Origin: Xanthobacteraceae bacterium
Lineage (GTDB): Bacteria > Pseudomonadota > Alphaproteobacteria > Rhizobiales > Xanthobacteraceae
DNA length: 43,434 nucleotides
Reading direction: 5' to 3'
Assembly: GCA_035499475.1 (NCBI GenBank)
Contig: DATJYT010000032.1
Coordinates: forward strand, 1 to 43,434
How positions within the stretch are numbered: position 1 is the stretch's first letter; each line of letters begins with the position of its first letter. Shown in pieces: positions 32,921 to 42,640 of the stretch. A program made the translations under genes and the position numbers. The notes under the pieces were generated by a model. It worked only from the letters and a program-made list of their open reading frames with translations, did no database searches and had not been told where the DNA came from.

Positions 32921-34483
32921 ATGGAAACGCCCGAGCGGGACAGGTCAAAAGAAATCAAGTCGGATAGTCGGGCGGACGCGACGGAGTTTTTCCCGGTTGC
33001 GGCGACGGTCCGCGCCGCGCTTGAGGCGGCCCAGATCGGCGTCTGGTCTTGTGATATCGCCACCAATACCTTGACGTGGTCGAGCAATCTTGAATCGATC
33101 CATGGCGCGCCTACCGGTAGCTTCGACGGTACCAACGAGGGTTTCGAGCGAAATGTCCGTCGCGACGACTGGCCGGTCGTTACAGCCTCGCTCGAAGCCG
33201 CGCTACGCATGCGAGAGCCTTATCGGGTGCGCTATCGGACGCCGTCGCATGGGGGCCGCGAGGAGCGTTGGCTCGAGGCGAGCGGCACAGTCGTTCTGAA
33301 GGACGGCACGCCTGAGTGCATGCTCGGCCTCTGTCACGACATCACCGAACGCGTCCATCTCGAGACCGAGCTGCGCAACCGCGCCAAGCAGCAGGAGGCC
33401 TTGGCGCAACTCGGCGAACGCGCGCTAGCTGAGCCGGACGTCGAACGGCTTCTCAACGATGCCGTGAGCACGGTAGCGCTCACTTTGTCCGTCGACTTCG
33501 TCAAGATATTGGAATTGCTTCCCGGCAACATCGAGCTCCTGCTGCGCGCAGGTTTCGGCTGGAAAACGAGCCTGGTCGGTTCGATTCCGACATCGACCGA
33601 TCCTGACAGCTATGCCCGCTTCACTTTAGATTCCGCGACACCGATCATCACTGAAGACTTCGCCAAGGAGACGCGCTTCGCGGTGCCGAGTTATCTGAAA
33701 GACCACAAATGCGTCAGCGGCGTCAGCGTGACCATCGCCGGCCGCGACGGACGAGCCTTCGGCGTACTCGGCATTTGCACGGCCAAGAAACGGCAGTTCG
33801 GCGCGCAGGACGTCTCGTTCCTCGCGGCGGTTGGCAATCTCCTGGCGGGCGCGATCCAACGCCGGCAATTGGAGCAGCGCCACGAACTGATGATCCGCGA
33901 CATGCGGCACCGCTCGGGGAATCTTTTCTCGCAGCTTCTCGCGCTGTTCTCGCAGACGGCAAAAAATTCAAAAAATATCAGCGATCTCGTCGGCAAATAT
34001 CAGGCGCGGGTGTTGGCCATGGCGAACGCCCACCGGCTGATCACCGAGGGCGGTTGGCAATCGACTCCGATCCTGGATTTCCTTTACCTGGTGCTGGGCC
34101 CCCATCTCGAACGGACAACGCTTAGTGGCCCGAATATCGATCTCGAGCCGGACCCGATCTTCAACTTGAGCGCGGCGCTTCATGAGCTTGCCGCCAATGC
34201 GGTCAAGCACGGCAGCCTGTCTAGCGCCAAGGGCCAACTCGATTTGACGTGGTCGGTCAGCCGCACCCGGCGCGGCATGACCCTCATATTGGACTGGGTC
34301 GAGAAGAACGGCCCGCCGGCGCGGCGGCCGCGGCATCGCGGGTTTGGTCTGCGCCTGATCGAGCTTGTCATCGAGCGGCAGTTGAACGGCGAAGTGCACA
34401 GCACCTATTCGCGCAGCGGCCTCTATGTGCACCTGGTGGTTCCGCTCACGCGCGAGCGCTGGCCCGATCCCGACGACGGCTAG
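32921..34483 (+). CDS. PAS-GAF sensor histidine kinase of the HWE / HisKA_2 type
   Basis: The PAS region reads LEAAQIGVWSCDIATNTLTWSSNLESIHG and a GAF-like middle region follows. The H-box is MIRDMRHRSGNLFSQ, the N-box is HELAANAVKHG, and the W-x-E motif is LDWVEKNGP. Confidence 0.85.
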   Translation: METPERDRSKEIKSDSRADATEFFPVAATVRAALEAAQIGVWSCDIATNTLTWSSNLESIHGAPTGSFDGTNEGFERNVRRDDWPVVTASLEAALRMREPYRVRYRTPSHGGREERWLEASGTVVLKDGTPECMLGLCHDITERVHLETELRNRAKQQEALAQLGERALAEPDVERLLNDAVSTVALTLSVDFVKILELLPGNIELLLRAGFGWKTSLVGSIPTSTDPDSYARFTLDSATPIITEDFAKETRFAVPSYLKDHKCVSGVSVTIAGRDGRAFGVLGICTAKKRQFGAQDVSFLAAVGNLLAGAIQRRQLEQRHELMIRDMRHRSGNLFSQLLALFSQTAKNSKNISDLVGKYQARVLAMANAHRLITEGGWQSTPILDFLYLVLGPHLERTTLSGPNIDLEPDPIFNLSAALHELAANAVKHGSLSSAKGQLDLTWSVSRTRRGMTLILDWVEKNGPPARRPRHRGFGLRLIELVIERQLNGEVHSTYSRSGLYVHLVVPLTRERWPDPDDG

Positions 34484-34528
34484 GGCAGGCCGCCGGCGTG
34501 CATCGGCGCGTCAAGGCGCATTCGCACC

Positions 34529-35602
34529 TCAAGGGTGCACGTCTTCGGTAAACCAGTCGGTCGGCAGGTCGTGGCCCAGGCCGCTCTCCTTGGCTTTACG
34601 ATAAAGCAGCGAGCCGGCCGCCGCGAATTGATAGCCGAGCCCGAGATTGTTGAGGAAACAGGTCACCTCGCCCTCGGTCGTGCGGGCCTCAGCCTGGCCG
34701 ACAATCAGGTCCGGCAGCGTTGGCAGTTTGGAAAAGTCGATCGCATCGGCCGCCGCCCAGCCGCGGCCGTCGGCGGTCTCCGGCATCACCAGGTCCTTGG
34801 TCGCGACCTGGATCGGCTTGGAATCGCGCACGTGGATAGCGATGTGCTTCGCGCGCCGCACAGCTTTCGTCTCGATTTCCGGCACCTTGATCGAGCTCAA
34901 ATGCATGCCCGGCTCGACCCAGCGCTCGAAGAAAATCGCATCGAGGCTATTGCTGGAGCACATGACGATGTCGGCGCCTTTGACGGCTTCCTCCGGCTGT
35001 CCGACTGGAGTGACTTCGACGCCCAGCATTTCACTCATCTGCCGTGAGAATGCGGTTCGATTTTCCGGATTGGGACTGAAGCAGCGAATATTTTCGATGC
35101 CGCGCACCGCGCAAACCGCCATCAATTGTGCGCCCGCCTGCCAGCCCGAGCCGAGAATGCCGACCGTCCGCGCATTCTTGCGCGCCATGTATTTGACGCC
35201 GAGCCCGTTGGCGGCTCCGACGCGCATGCGCTGCATCACCCCGTCCGGAAAGATCGCCAGCGGCTCGCCATTCTCGACGGAAAACAGCAGCACCAGGCCG
35301 ACGTAACGGTTGCCCGGCGCCGCCGGTACCTTCTCGCGGACCAGGTTATTGCCCTTCTTCGGCCAAGTGACGATGTCGGAATTGATGCGGACCGCGCCGA
35401 CGCCGAGCTTCGGAATGACGCCGTCCATGGATTTGAGGCTGTAGATGGCGTCCTCTCGGGAGGTCGGCGTAAAGCAATCCGAGCGCGTTCGTGATACGCC
35501 GCGCCCGTCGGCAAGCTCGGCATAGGCCTGCTCGAGCACGTCGATGCATTCCGGCATCGTGAGAAGCTTGCCGACGTCGTCGTTGGACAGGATCAGGGTC
35601 AT
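34529..35602 (-). CDS. Ornithine cyclodeaminase / mu-crystallin family protein
   Basis: The N-terminus reads LSNDDVGKLLTMPECIDVLEQAY. The Rossmann segment is VGILGSGWQAGAQL. Length is 357 aa. Confidence 0.82.
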   Translation of the reverse strand: MTLILSNDDVGKLLTMPECIDVLEQAYAELADGRGVSRTRSDCFTPTSREDAIYSLKSMDGVIPKLGVGAVRINSDIVTWPKKGNNLVREKVPAAPGNRYVGLVLLFSVENGEPLAIFPDGVMQRMRVGAANGLGVKYMARKNARTVGILGSGWQAGAQLMAVCAVRGIENIRCFSPNPENRTAFSRQMSEMLGVEVTPVGQPEEAVKGADIVMCSSNSLDAIFFERWVEPGMHLSSIKVPEIETKAVRRAKHIAIHVRDSKPIQVATKDLVMPETADGRGWAAADAIDFSKLPTLPDLIVGQAEARTTEGEVTCFLNNLGLGYQFAAAGSLLYRKAKESGLGHDLPTDWFTEDVHP

Positions 35603-35758
35603 GACTGCCGTGAATTCGCGTGGTTGGGCCGGCGCGCATCATAACCGCGGCGTAACGAATAGATAGCCGCGTTGCATCCGCTTGCCGCATCCGCGGCGCG
35701 CGCCCGGCGCTTGCCTCGCCAGCACCGCTCGAACAGAATTCGGCTATCCGGTGCGAGC

Positions 35759-36586
35759 GTGGGGCGGGCTTTGGACGAGCCGATCATCGAACTCGATAAT
35801 CTCGGCAAAGCCTTCGCGGTCAACGGGCGCGCGCTGACGGTTTTTGAGCGGCTTTGCTATCGCATCGACAAGGGCAGCTTCGTGTCGATCGTGGGGCCTT
35901 CAGGCTGCGGAAAATCGACGCTGCTCAAGCTCATTTCCGGCTTGGAAGCGCCGACGAGCGGCGCGGTGGTGTTTAACGGCCGCCCAGTCGTCGGTCCCGC
36001 CAAAGGCATGATCTACGTCTTTCAGCAATATGCGAAGTCGATTTTCCCGTGGCGCACGGTGATGCAGAACATCGAATTTGGCCTCAATGCCACGAAAAAC
36101 CTGAGAGGCGTGCAAGCACGCGAAAGATGCCGCGAATACATCCGGCTGGTGGGGCTCGAAGGCTACGAGCATTATCATCCCTATCAATTGTCGGGCGGCA
36201 TGCAGCAGCGCGTATGCATCGCCCGCGCTCTGATCTGCGAGCCGGACGTGCTGCTGATGGACGAGCCGTTCAGCGCGGTTGACGCCATGACACGCGCCAT
36301 CCTCCAGGAGCTCATTCTGAAAATCTGGGAAACGATCCCCGTCACCATCCTGTTCGTCACCCACGATGTCGACGAAGCCGTTTTGCTGTCGAGCCGCGTG
36401 ATTTCGCTGAGCCACGCGCCAGCCGCGATCCGCGAAGATTTGCCGATCGACCTGCCGTATCCGCGCGATCAGATCAAGACGCGAGACGACGAACGCTTCA
36501 CCGCGTTGCGGCAGCGGCTGTTCGCCAGCATCTTTCAGGCCGAAAAGAGTGGCGCGGCTTTGCCGCCAGCGGAGCCACGGCCGTGA
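35759..36586 (+). CDS. ABC transporter ATP-binding protein (NitT/TauT-type)
   Basis: Walker A is GPSGCGKST, the signature is LSGGMQQRVCIARAL, and Walker B is LLMDEPFSAVD. The start is uncertain (GTG 35759 or TTG 35771; the listed 35672 seems too long). Confidence 0.85.
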   Translation: MGRALDEPIIELDNLGKAFAVNGRALTVFERLCYRIDKGSFVSIVGPSGCGKSTLLKLISGLEAPTSGAVVFNGRPVVGPAKGMIYVFQQYAKSIFPWRTVMQNIEFGLNATKNLRGVQARERCREYIRLVGLEGYEHYHPYQLSGGMQQRVCIARALICEPDVLLMDEPFSAVDAMTRAILQELILKIWETIPVTILFVTHDVDEAVLLSSRVISLSHAPAAIREDLPIDLPYPRDQIKTRDDERFTALRQRLFASIFQAEKSGAALPPAEPRP

Positions 36587-37341
36587 TCAAGCGCTGGCCC
36601 GGGCTCGCTCTGTTCGCGCTGATCTTGCTGCTGTGGGAATTCGCCTCCGCCAATAACCTTGTCGATCAAGTCTCGATTCCACGCGTGAGCGCGATCGTCG
36701 CGTCCTGGGTCGCCATCGTGAAGAATGGCCAATTGGCCGCGGCGCTGGCGCCAAGCCTCGGGCGCATTTTCGCGGGCTTTGGGCTTGCGGCCATCGTCGC
36801 TGTGCCGCTTGGACTACTGATGGGCAGCATTGCGCTCCTCTACCGGCTCATGGAGCCGTTGACCGAGTTCATCCGCCCGATCCCGGCCGCTGCCTATATC
36901 CCGGTGGCGATTCTGTTTCTCGGCATTGGCAACGAGATGAAGATTTTCGTCGTATTTCTCGCCTGCCTGTTTCCGATCCTGCTCAACACCTATGGGGGTG
37001 TACGCGGCGTCGACCCGGTGCTGGTCGACACCGGCCGCACCTTCGGTATCTCGCGCTTTAGGGCGCTGTGCCAGATTGTCTTTCCCGCCGCGCTGCCGAG
37101 CATCCTCACCGGCATGCGCATCAGCCTCGGCATTGCATTGATCGTTGTGGTTGTGGCCGAAATGATCGCCGGCAACAGCGGCATCGGCTATTACATCCTC
37201 GACATGCAGCGCAGCTTTCGCGTGCCGGAAATGTTCGCCGGCATCTTCACGCTCGGGCTGCTCGGCTTTATCATCAATTTCGTGTTCCTGAAGATCGAGC
37301 AGCATTTCCTCCGCTGGCGCGGCACTAGCGTGGAAACCTGA
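36583..37341 (+). CDS. ABC transporter permease (NitT/TauT-type)
   Basis: Overlaps the ATPase stop by 4 nt. It has about six TM helices and an EAA-like loop (GRTFGISRFRALCQIVFPAALP). Confidence 0.85.
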   Translation: MIKRWPGLALFALILLLWEFASANNLVDQVSIPRVSAIVASWVAIVKNGQLAAALAPSLGRIFAGFGLAAIVAVPLGLLMGSIALLYRLMEPLTEFIRPIPAAAYIPVAILFLGIGNEMKIFVVFLACLFPILLNTYGGVRGVDPVLVDTGRTFGISRFRALCQIVFPAALPSILTGMRISLGIALIVVVVAEMIAGNSGIGYYILDMQRSFRVPEMFAGIFTLGLLGFIINFVFLKIEQHFLRWRGTSVET

Positions 37342-37428
37342 TGGGCAGATCGAAAATCATGCGCCTTCACATCGACCTCGCCCCGCTTGCGGTTCAGGCG
37401 CATTAGCAGCACCGAGGAGCGTCAGCGC

Positions 37429-38274
37429 GTGCAAGATCCCGGACCGTTTCCGTTCTTTCCCTATCAGGCGATCGTCGATCGGCCGCGCATCACATGGCCG
37501 AACGGCGCGCGCGTAGCGGTGTGGGTGATCCCGAATATCGAGCATTTTCACATCGAGATCGGCCATCAGGCACCCGACATCCGCAATCATTCGCGGCGCG
37601 ATTACGGCAATCGCGTCGGGATTTGGCGCATCATGGATGTACTGGCCAAGCACAAAGTGCGCGGCACGGTGGCACTCAACGGCGAGGTCGGCCGCTTCTA
37701 TCCGCGCATCATGGAGGAGGCGGCGCGGCTGAAATGGGAACTGATGGGCCACGGCCTGACAAATTCGGTCCTGCTCGCGGGTCTCGACAAGGACAAGGAA
37801 GCCGCCGTCATCGCCGAGGCCCGCGGCGTCATCGAGCAATGGGGCCAAAAAATGCGCGGCTGGCTCGGGCCGGGCCTCAGCGAGACCTGGCGCACGCTCG
37901 ACCTGCTGCGCGAGCATGGCGTCGATTATGTCTGCGATTGGGTCAACGACGACCTGCCATATCGCATGAACAACGGGCTTTATTCGATCCCCTATTCGAT
38001 CGAACTCAACGACATGCCGCTGTTCAACATGCCGAGCATCGCCATTGACGAATTCTATCGCCGCATCTGCGACACCTTCGACGTGCTCTATAAGGAAGGC
38101 GAAAATAACGCCCGGGTGATGGCGATCGCGCTGCATCCGTTCCTGATCGGCGTGCCGCACCGCATCCGGTATCTCGACCGCGCGCTGCAATATATTGGCT
38201 CGCACGGCAAAGTGTGGTTCGCCACCGGCTCGGAAATCATCGAGGCTTTCAAGGCGCAGGACAAAACCGCATGA
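37429..38274 (+). CDS. Polysaccharide-deacetylase-fold hydrolase, PuuE (allantoinase)-like
   Basis: Collinear with my recollection of PuuE: GIWRIMDVL.KH, LMGHG, DDLPY, IPYS.ELND, DTFDVLYKEG, IALHPFLIG.PHR and KVWFA. I chose GTG 37429 because GAGGAG lies 9 nt upstream. Confidence 0.78.
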   Translation: MQDPGPFPFFPYQAIVDRPRITWPNGARVAVWVIPNIEHFHIEIGHQAPDIRNHSRRDYGNRVGIWRIMDVLAKHKVRGTVALNGEVGRFYPRIMEEAARLKWELMGHGLTNSVLLAGLDKDKEAAVIAEARGVIEQWGQKMRGWLGPGLSETWRTLDLLREHGVDYVCDWVNDDLPYRMNNGLYSIPYSIELNDMPLFNMPSIAIDEFYRRICDTFDVLYKEGENNARVMAIALHPFLIGVPHRIRYLDRALQYIGSHGKVWFATGSEIIEAFKAQDKTA

Positions 38275-39257
38275 CGAAGCTCCTCCGAGGCGCTGCCGCG
38301 TTGGCGCTATCCGCCGCGCTTGCGGTCTTGAGCGCTTTCAGTTCCGGCGCCAGCGCGCAGGATAGAAAGCTTCTGCCGCTGAAGGTCGGCACGCTCAAGC
38401 AGTCTTCCATCACCGATATCTGGGTGGCGAAGCAAGCCGGCATCTTCGAGCGGAACGGCCTTGATGTTCAGCTTATCGAGTTCCGCAGCGGCAACGAGGC
38501 GATCGCCGCGCAGCGCGGCGGCGCCGTCGATATCATCATATCCATCCCGGGCACGGCAATGACCGCCAATGAGCGCGGCTTCGATCTGGTGCTGGTGTCG
38601 CAGAACGAGATCGCGCACGCGCAGGGGCCGGACTCCGGCGCGCTCATCGTGCTCAAGGACTCCGGCATGAACAGCGTAGCGGATTTTGCCGGCAAGAAGA
38701 TTGCGACCTCCAACCTGCACAGCCAGCGGCCGGTCGCGACTCAGGTCGTGCTGAGAAAACACGGCGTCGATCCGGCTTCGATGACTTTTTTGGAGCTTCC
38801 CTTCGGCAGTCTTCCCGACGCGCTCAAGTCGCATCAGATCGATATTGCCGCCTCGCTCGACCCGTGGACGACGCAGTTGAGAACCTCAAGCTACGCCAAG
38901 GTGCTGTCTTGGGACTATGTCGAATCGATCCCTGAACAGCCGATCGGCGCCTGGTTTGCGCGCCGCGATTTTGTCGGAAAGAACGGTGAAGCTATCGCGC
39001 GCTTCGCCAAGTCCGTGCGCGATGCCTGCGAATACATGAATGCAGATATCGCGCGGGCGAAGAAGAATGTTGCCGCCTATACCGGCCTCGATATCTCGTT
39101 CTTGACCGACATGCCGCTCAACGTCTGGAGCTATCGCATCGATCCGGCGAAGTGGCAGGCGGTCGCCGACATGATGCACGCCAGTGGCGAGTTGCAGAAG
39201 CCTCACAAGGTTGACGAATATCTGTCCGACATCGTCAAGCCATATGTGGTGAGATAG
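38271..39257 (+). CDS. ABC transporter substrate-binding protein (NMT1/THI5-like, NitT/TauT-type)
   Basis: Its ATG overlaps the preceding stop (ATGA). Signal peptide AAALALSAALAVLSAFSSGASAQ. The body reads LKVGTLKQSSITDIWVAKQAGIFERNGLDVQLIEF. Confidence 0.85.
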   Translation: MTKLLRGAAALALSAALAVLSAFSSGASAQDRKLLPLKVGTLKQSSITDIWVAKQAGIFERNGLDVQLIEFRSGNEAIAAQRGGAVDIIISIPGTAMTANERGFDLVLVSQNEIAHAQGPDSGALIVLKDSGMNSVADFAGKKIATSNLHSQRPVATQVVLRKHGVDPASMTFLELPFGSLPDALKSHQIDIAASLDPWTTQLRTSSYAKVLSWDYVESIPEQPIGAWFARRDFVGKNGEAIARFAKSVRDACEYMNADIARAKKNVAAYTGLDISFLTDMPLNVWSYRIDPAKWQAVADMMHASGELQKPHKVDEYLSDIVKPYVVR

Positions 39258-39282
39258 CGGGGGCCATCCTCTGGAGGCCGCT

Positions 39283-40467
39283 ATGAGCGAGCAAGAAATC
39301 GACGACGCCGGCGCGACGGATTCCGGCGCGCGCCGCGGCAAGCGCACCCCATTTGAACGGATCGCACTGCTGCTGCAAGGCGGCGGCGCGCTGGGCGCCT
39401 ATCAGGCGGGCGTTTATCAGGCCTTGGCCGAGGCCGACCTGCACCCGGATTGGGTCGCCGGGATTTCGATCGGAGCGATCAATTCGGCGATCATCGCCGG
39501 CAATCCGCCCGACCGACGCGTTGCCCGGTTGCGAGAATTTTGGGAGATGGTCAGCGCATCGCCTCTGGGACTTCCCAATTTTAGCTCGCTCGACCCCCCA
39601 GGCGACTTCGGCCGCCAGTTCGTCAACCAGGCACAGGCGACCAATATTCTGCTGTTCGGCGCGCCGAATTTCTTTTTTCCTCGCGTGCCGCCGCCGATGC
39701 TCTGGCCGCCCAGCCACACCGTGAAGGCAAGCTACTACGACAACAGCCCGGTCAGGGCGACGCTCAATCGTCTCGTCGATTTCGACCGGATCAATTCCGG
39801 CGCCACGCGCTTCAGCGTCGGCGCCGTCGATGTCCGCTCGGGCAATTTTGAATATTTCGACTCGATGACGCACAAGATTCGCATCGAGCACGTCATCGCC
39901 AGCGGCTCGCTGCCGCCCGGTTTCGCCGCGACAGAAGTCGATGGCCAATTCTACTGGGACGGCGGGCTGATCTCAAACACGCCGCTGCAATGGGTGCTCG
40001 AGAGCCAGCCGCGGCGCGACACGCTGGCTTTTCAGGTGGACCTGTGGAGCGCACGCGGTGAACTGCCCAAGGATATGATCGAGGTCGAGATTCGCCAGAA
40101 GGAGATTACCTATTCAAGCCGCAACCGTGCGGCGACCGATCACTACAAAAGCCATCAGAAGCTTCGTATTGCGCTGGCGAACGTCCTGAAAAAGCTGCCG
40201 GAAGACGTGCTCGAAAGTGAGGATGCTAAGCTTTTGGCCGGTGTGGCCAACGACAAGGTCTGCAATATCATCCATCTGATTTATCGGTCGAAGAAATACG
40301 AAGGCATCGCCAAAGACTTCGAATTCTCCCGGCGTACCATGGAGGAGCACTGGAGTGCCGGCTACGGCAATGCGCGCGAGACCTTGGCCAATCCCGAAGT
40401 CCTCGAACTGCCGGATCGCAGCGAAGGGGTGAGGACGTTCGACATCGGGCACGATCGCGCGGAGTAG
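39283..40467 (+). CDS. Patatin-like phospholipase family protein
   Basis: Oxyanion motif LQGGGALGAYQAG, nucleophile GISIGA (G-x-S-x-G), and Asp motif WDGGL. Confidence 0.88.
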   Translation: MSEQEIDDAGATDSGARRGKRTPFERIALLLQGGGALGAYQAGVYQALAEADLHPDWVAGISIGAINSAIIAGNPPDRRVARLREFWEMVSASPLGLPNFSSLDPPGDFGRQFVNQAQATNILLFGAPNFFFPRVPPPMLWPPSHTVKASYYDNSPVRATLNRLVDFDRINSGATRFSVGAVDVRSGNFEYFDSMTHKIRIEHVIASGSLPPGFAATEVDGQFYWDGGLISNTPLQWVLESQPRRDTLAFQVDLWSARGELPKDMIEVEIRQKEITYSSRNRAATDHYKSHQKLRIALANVLKKLPEDVLESEDAKLLAGVANDKVCNIIHLIYRSKKYEGIAKDFEFSRRTMEEHWSAGYGNARETLANPEVLELPDRSEGVRTFDIGHDRAE

Positions 40468-40495
40468 CCGCGACCTCCTGGCACGCCGGGAGGCG

Positions 40496-40771
40496 TCAGC
40501 CGTTTCTTTCATCGCGTACCGCGTGAATCCGTTCGCTGTAGACGGGCACGGTCAGCCCGAACAAATCCCAGCGGGTCAGATAAGCGAGCAGGAACGGGTG
40601 GCAGCCCCATTCGTAGAGGCGCGCCACGTCACCGGCGAGGAGCGCATCGCGCTCTTCGGCAGTGAGATCGAGCGGCGCGATCGCGGCCGCCGGATCGCGC
40701 TTGAGGGCTTCGCGGAAGGCGAGATCGTGGAGCGCGTCGCGGCAGAGCTTGTTGACGGCGTAAACGCTCAT
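40496..40771 (-). CDS. LigA-like small subunit of a class III extradiol ring-cleavage dioxygenase
   Basis: About 91 aa reading VNKLCRDALHDLAFREALKRDPAAAIAPLDLTAEERDALLAGDVARLYEWGCHPFLL, a typical LigA-type helical subunit. It directly abuts the ligB-like stop. Confidence 0.72.
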   Translation of the reverse strand: MSVYAVNKLCRDALHDLAFREALKRDPAAAIAPLDLTAEERDALLAGDVARLYEWGCHPFLLAYLTRWDLFGLTVPVYSERIHAVRDERNG

Positions 40772-40774
40772 CAC

Positions 40775-41599
40775 TTAGCTCCATCGCCACACGCCGAAAG
40801 CGTGTCCTTGGCCCGCGTGCGGGATCATCGCGCGCGGCTTGTGCTTGCCGACCACGCCGAGCATGGCGATCCAGTTGAGCAATTCGCCACCGATGTTTCC
40901 GGCGCGCAGCATGCGGGCGGTCGTTGCCTCATCGAGCAAATCGTCGATGCGATCGTCTCGCATCAAGTCTTGCAGATGCGCGGTCCATTGCGGATCGGGG
41001 AAGCCCGAGCGCTCGCCGACCGGCACCTGGGGACCGCCGATTTCCAGCGAAAAGCTGCCGCTGCCGATGACGCCGACGCGCAGCGACTGCGGCCATTGCT
41101 CGATCGCGGCGCGCACCGCTTGGCCCAGCGCGTAGCAGCGTCTTGCGCTCGGCAGCGGCGGCGCGAGGCCGTTGATGAAAATCGGCACGACGGGAATTTT
41201 CATGTGCGGCGTCAGGAAATGCAGCGGCACAATTACGGCATGGTCGACGCTGAAATTCTGCGCCAGCGTGATGTCGAAACCGCGGTCGATGGCCGCGGCG
41301 CGGATATGGGCCGCCAGCGCTGAGGGCACCGCGACCTTGTATTGCGGCATTGGCGTCTGGTCGTTGGGCCCGGACGTGGCATCGGCAACGCCAATCGCGA
41401 AGGTCGGGAAGTTGTCCAGGAAGAACGTATTGAAGTGATCGTCGGTGAACACAATCAGCACGTCGGGCGCGGCTTCGGCAACGTGCTTGGCGACGCCGGC
41501 GTAAAGCAGCGCCACCTCCGATTGCGGGCCCTCCCGCGCGACCAGAGCGGGAAAGTGCGGTGTGTGCGGCACGCCGAATCCGGCGACAATCTCGGCCAT
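40775..41599 (-). CDS. LigB-family class III extradiol dioxygenase catalytic subunit
   Basis: Contains GFGVPHTPHFP, VFTDDHFNTFFLDNFPTFAIG, VDHAVIVPLHF and PVVPIFING. Confidence 0.85.
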   Translation of the reverse strand: MAEIVAGFGVPHTPHFPALVAREGPQSEVALLYAGVAKHVAEAAPDVLIVFTDDHFNTFFLDNFPTFAIGVADATSGPNDQTPMPQYKVAVPSALAAHIRAAAIDRGFDITLAQNFSVDHAVIVPLHFLTPHMKIPVVPIFINGLAPPLPSARRCYALGQAVRAAIEQWPQSLRVGVIGSGSFSLEIGGPQVPVGERSGFPDPQWTAHLQDLMRDDRIDDLLDEATTARMLRAGNIGGELLNWIAMLGVVGKHKPRAMIPHAGQGHAFGVWRWS

Positions 41600-41726
41600 G
41601 GTGCTCGTCCTGCAAGGCTTGCACGCTCATCCTACACCGATGCCGCGCCAGCGACAGCGGGCCTTCCTTCGTGCGGGCAATCCAGTAAAGTGCCGGCCGG
41701 AAAATCGGACCGGAGAGGCATTGGTG

Positions 41727-42626
41727 ATGAAGGAAGAGGTCGTCAGCTTTCAATCGGCGGGGTTGCGCCTGCATGGCATCTTGAGCGTGCCGGACGGCGT
41801 GCGCCCGTCCGAGCGCCGGGCGGCGTTTCTCGTGCTGCACGGATTCGGCTCCAACAGCGACAGCCCGACCTGCATTGCGCCCGCCAAAGTGCTCGGCGAC
41901 TTCGGCTTCGTCACGCTGCGCTTCGACATGCGCGGCTGCGGCAAAAGCGAGGGTGAATTCGGCCGCGTCATCTGCCTCGAACAGGTCGAGGATACCGGTA
42001 ATGCACTCGCTTTTCTTGCCAAGCATCCCGCTGTCGATCCCGACCGGATCGGCGTGATCGGATCGAGCTTTGGCGGCGCGGTCGGCGTCTATTCGGGCGG
42101 CACCAATCCGCGGATCGCCGCTGTCATCTCGAACGGCGGCTGGGGGCATGGCGAGCGTAAATTCCGCGGCCAGCATCCGACGCCCGAAGCCTGGGCGAAA
42201 TTCACCAAGATGCTCGAGGAGGGCAAGGCCTACCGCGCCCGCACCGGCCAATCGCTGATGGTGCCGCGCTATGACATCGTGCCGATCCCCGATCACGTGC
42301 GCCAGAACCTGGAGAAGCAGAAGGTCGGGATGCTCGCGCCGAACTCTGTCGAGATGTTCCCGGCCGAGACCGCGCAAAGCATGTTCGATTTCCGCGCCGA
42401 GGAGGTTGTCGGAAACATCGCGCCGCGCCCGTTGCTGCTCATTCACGCCGCCAAGGATTCAGTGACGCCGACAGAACAATCGATCGAAATGTTCAAACGC
42501 GCCGGCCAGCCGGCCGAACTGCACCTGTTCAGCGGCCTCGATCATTTCCTGTTCGCGGAGAAATCGACGCGGGTGTGGAACATGATGCGGCAGTGGCTCG
42601 ACTCCTATTTTCCGGCGATGAAGTGA
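41727..42626 (+). CDS. Alpha/beta hydrolase
   Basis: GGAGAGG RBS 8 nt before the ATG at 41727. Contains LVLHGFGSN and the nucleophile elbow GVIGSSFGGA. A C-terminal HF (LDHFLF) is a likely catalytic His. Confidence 0.8.
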   Translation: MKEEVVSFQSAGLRLHGILSVPDGVRPSERRAAFLVLHGFGSNSDSPTCIAPAKVLGDFGFVTLRFDMRGCGKSEGEFGRVICLEQVEDTGNALAFLAKHPAVDPDRIGVIGSSFGGAVGVYSGGTNPRIAAVISNGGWGHGERKFRGQHPTPEAWAKFTKMLEEGKAYRARTGQSLMVPRYDIVPIPDHVRQNLEKQKVGMLAPNSVEMFPAETAQSMFDFRAEEVVGNIAPRPLLLIHAAKDSVTPTEQSIEMFKRAGQPAELHLFSGLDHFLFAEKSTRVWNMMRQWLDSYFPAMK

Positions 42627-42640
42627 CCGGAGCGGCAGGC

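Noticed and set aside
32014-33210. 398-aa minus-strand ORF.
   Set aside because: It is antisense to the L,D-transpeptidase and to the start of the HWE kinase, both of which carry diagnostic motifs.
40929-42446. 505-aa minus-strand ORF, one of the longest in the track.
   Set aside because: Its Arg/Ala-rich composition is typical of antisense frames in high-GC DNA. It overlaps the well-supported LigB-like gene in another frame on the same strand. It also lies antisense to the well-supported alpha/beta hydrolase gene.
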